Source of the DNA: Podarcis bocagei
Taxonomy: Eukaryota
Reading direction: 5' to 3' (one strand)
Assembly: GCA_964188305.1 (NCBI GenBank)
Contig: OZ076896.1
Length of the DNA: 64,000 nucleotides
Below the pieces are notes generated by a model that saw nothing but the letters and a program-made list of their open reading frames with translations, made no database searches and was not told the DNA's origin. The position numbers were made by a program, and so were the translations under genes. Shown here in pieces: positions 62,651 through 64,000 of this stretch (positions within the stretch are counted from its first letter, which is position 1; every line of letters starts with the position of its first letter).

Positions 62651-63470
62651 TATTGTTATGGAAGCTGCAAATGTTGTAGTAATAATGCAACTGAATGGAC
62701 TTTTCAGTGGTGGCCTCCACTTATGGAATATGCTCTCCCCAGGCACCATCACTGCCTGGCTTTAGACCAGGCAAATACACTGTTATTTACCCAAGTCTTC
62801 GGCCCTTAAATTGGAGGGTTAACTCATTATATCTATGGCCTCTTGTTGTGCTCATCCTTTTAAGTGGGATGGGTAGAATTCAACATTTATATATGCATAT
62901 AAATATCTAGACTAAGATTTTAGGTTTTTGTTTTATTGCTGTTGTTATATTTGGTTTTAATATTTCTTGGGGGTTTTTTTCCTATTCAAATGAAATAAAT
63001 AAATAATGTGACTGGGAACACAGAACATGTGCACAGCATGGATGAAAATAAATCCACTGCAGGTATTGAATAGAAAAAGCCCCTTCCTAGATTTTGAACT
63101 GTCTTCCTAATATATTCCAGGAAAACTGGAGCTTGGGTCGTATATACTGAAAATACCTTCCGCTCCTCCCCTCTGTTCCACTGCAATTTCAAATGTCAGC
63201 AGAGAATTGTCCATTGATTATAACCATCAATGCCCTGTGTTGGGAGAACAAGGACATAACTGTGCCACTCTCAAGGGCCTTGGCCAGTTTGGGAAGAATT
63301 TTTATGGTGTGTGTTTTTTTCTGAGCTGTTTAGGAGCAAGCTGACTCTAGGGTCAAAAGAAACAGGAACCTTTTTGTTTTATACCACAGTTACATGAGAG
63401 TAAGCATACTGACTTGAAAGATACACACTTCCTATACAAAAAGTGCTTTCATGAAGGAGACACTATAGAA

Positions 63471-63800
63471 CAGAGATGTCCAACAGGTCGACTGTGATCT
63501 ACTGGTAGTTCCCCATGGTGGATCTCTGACTCCTACCACGCCCCTTCACCCCACCCTCCATTCTTGTATGATCTCTGGAAGGGAAGACGGAGCTTTCTCT
63601 GTGCTGCTGTTTTGATCCACAGTGATCTTTTTGTGAGTGACTTTACCCCTTTGTCCCTTGCCTTTAACCCCCCCCCCCATGGAACTGCCCTCCCAAAAAG
63701 CTTTTTTTGTAACCCCTAAAACCCCCAAAATGGAGGTAGATCACTACCAGTTTTTAATTCTGAAAGTAGATTGCAGTCTCTTGAGAGTTGGCCACCCATG
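63471..63800. mobile_element. hAT (Charlie-like) non-autonomous element
   Basis: CAGAGATGTCCAAC / GTTGGCCACCCATG termini; 8-bp TSD CTATAGAA. Confidence 0.8.
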
Positions 63801-64000
63801 CTATAGAAGATTACCCTGAACCTTGGGAAAATGTTAAGACAGAAATAGTTTCCAGATTTTTAAAAATGTAAGCCACAATGCTATAGAAACATTTACCTAG
63901 GACTAAGTCCCACTGAACCTAGCAGGAACGACTTCTGAGTAAGTGAGCACAGAACTGCGCTGCATTTCATACAAACCAGGAAGGCCTTTCGGACATTGCT

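Overview
Vertebrate (squamate, probably lacertid lizard, judged from Sauria SINEs) genomic DNA with two convergent protein-coding genes. On the + strand are the last eight coding exons (174-25695) of an intact PDZ-PH-PH gene, most likely PDZPH1. On the - strand is the single coding exon of MACIR/C5orf30 (59287-59913) with its 3' UTR. The rest is intron or intergenic DNA dense in transposable elements: Sauria SINEs, tRNA/CR1 SINEs, L1, L2 and RTE fragments, a solo LTR, Tc1/mariner MITEs and many hAT MITEs with intact 8-bp TSDs. The standout is a 1432-bp non-autonomous hAT element (15604-17035; perfect 15-bp TIRs, perfect 8-bp TSD) inside a PDZPH1 intron. It carries no transposase. Instead it carries what looks like a captured host CpG-island promoter, first coding exon and intron start (Pack-MULE-like capture). 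The captured exon lies in the PDZPH1 orientation, and its donor is in phase with the next PDZPH1 exon, so an in-frame chimeric transcript is possible. All coordinates were read by hand and no database search was run.
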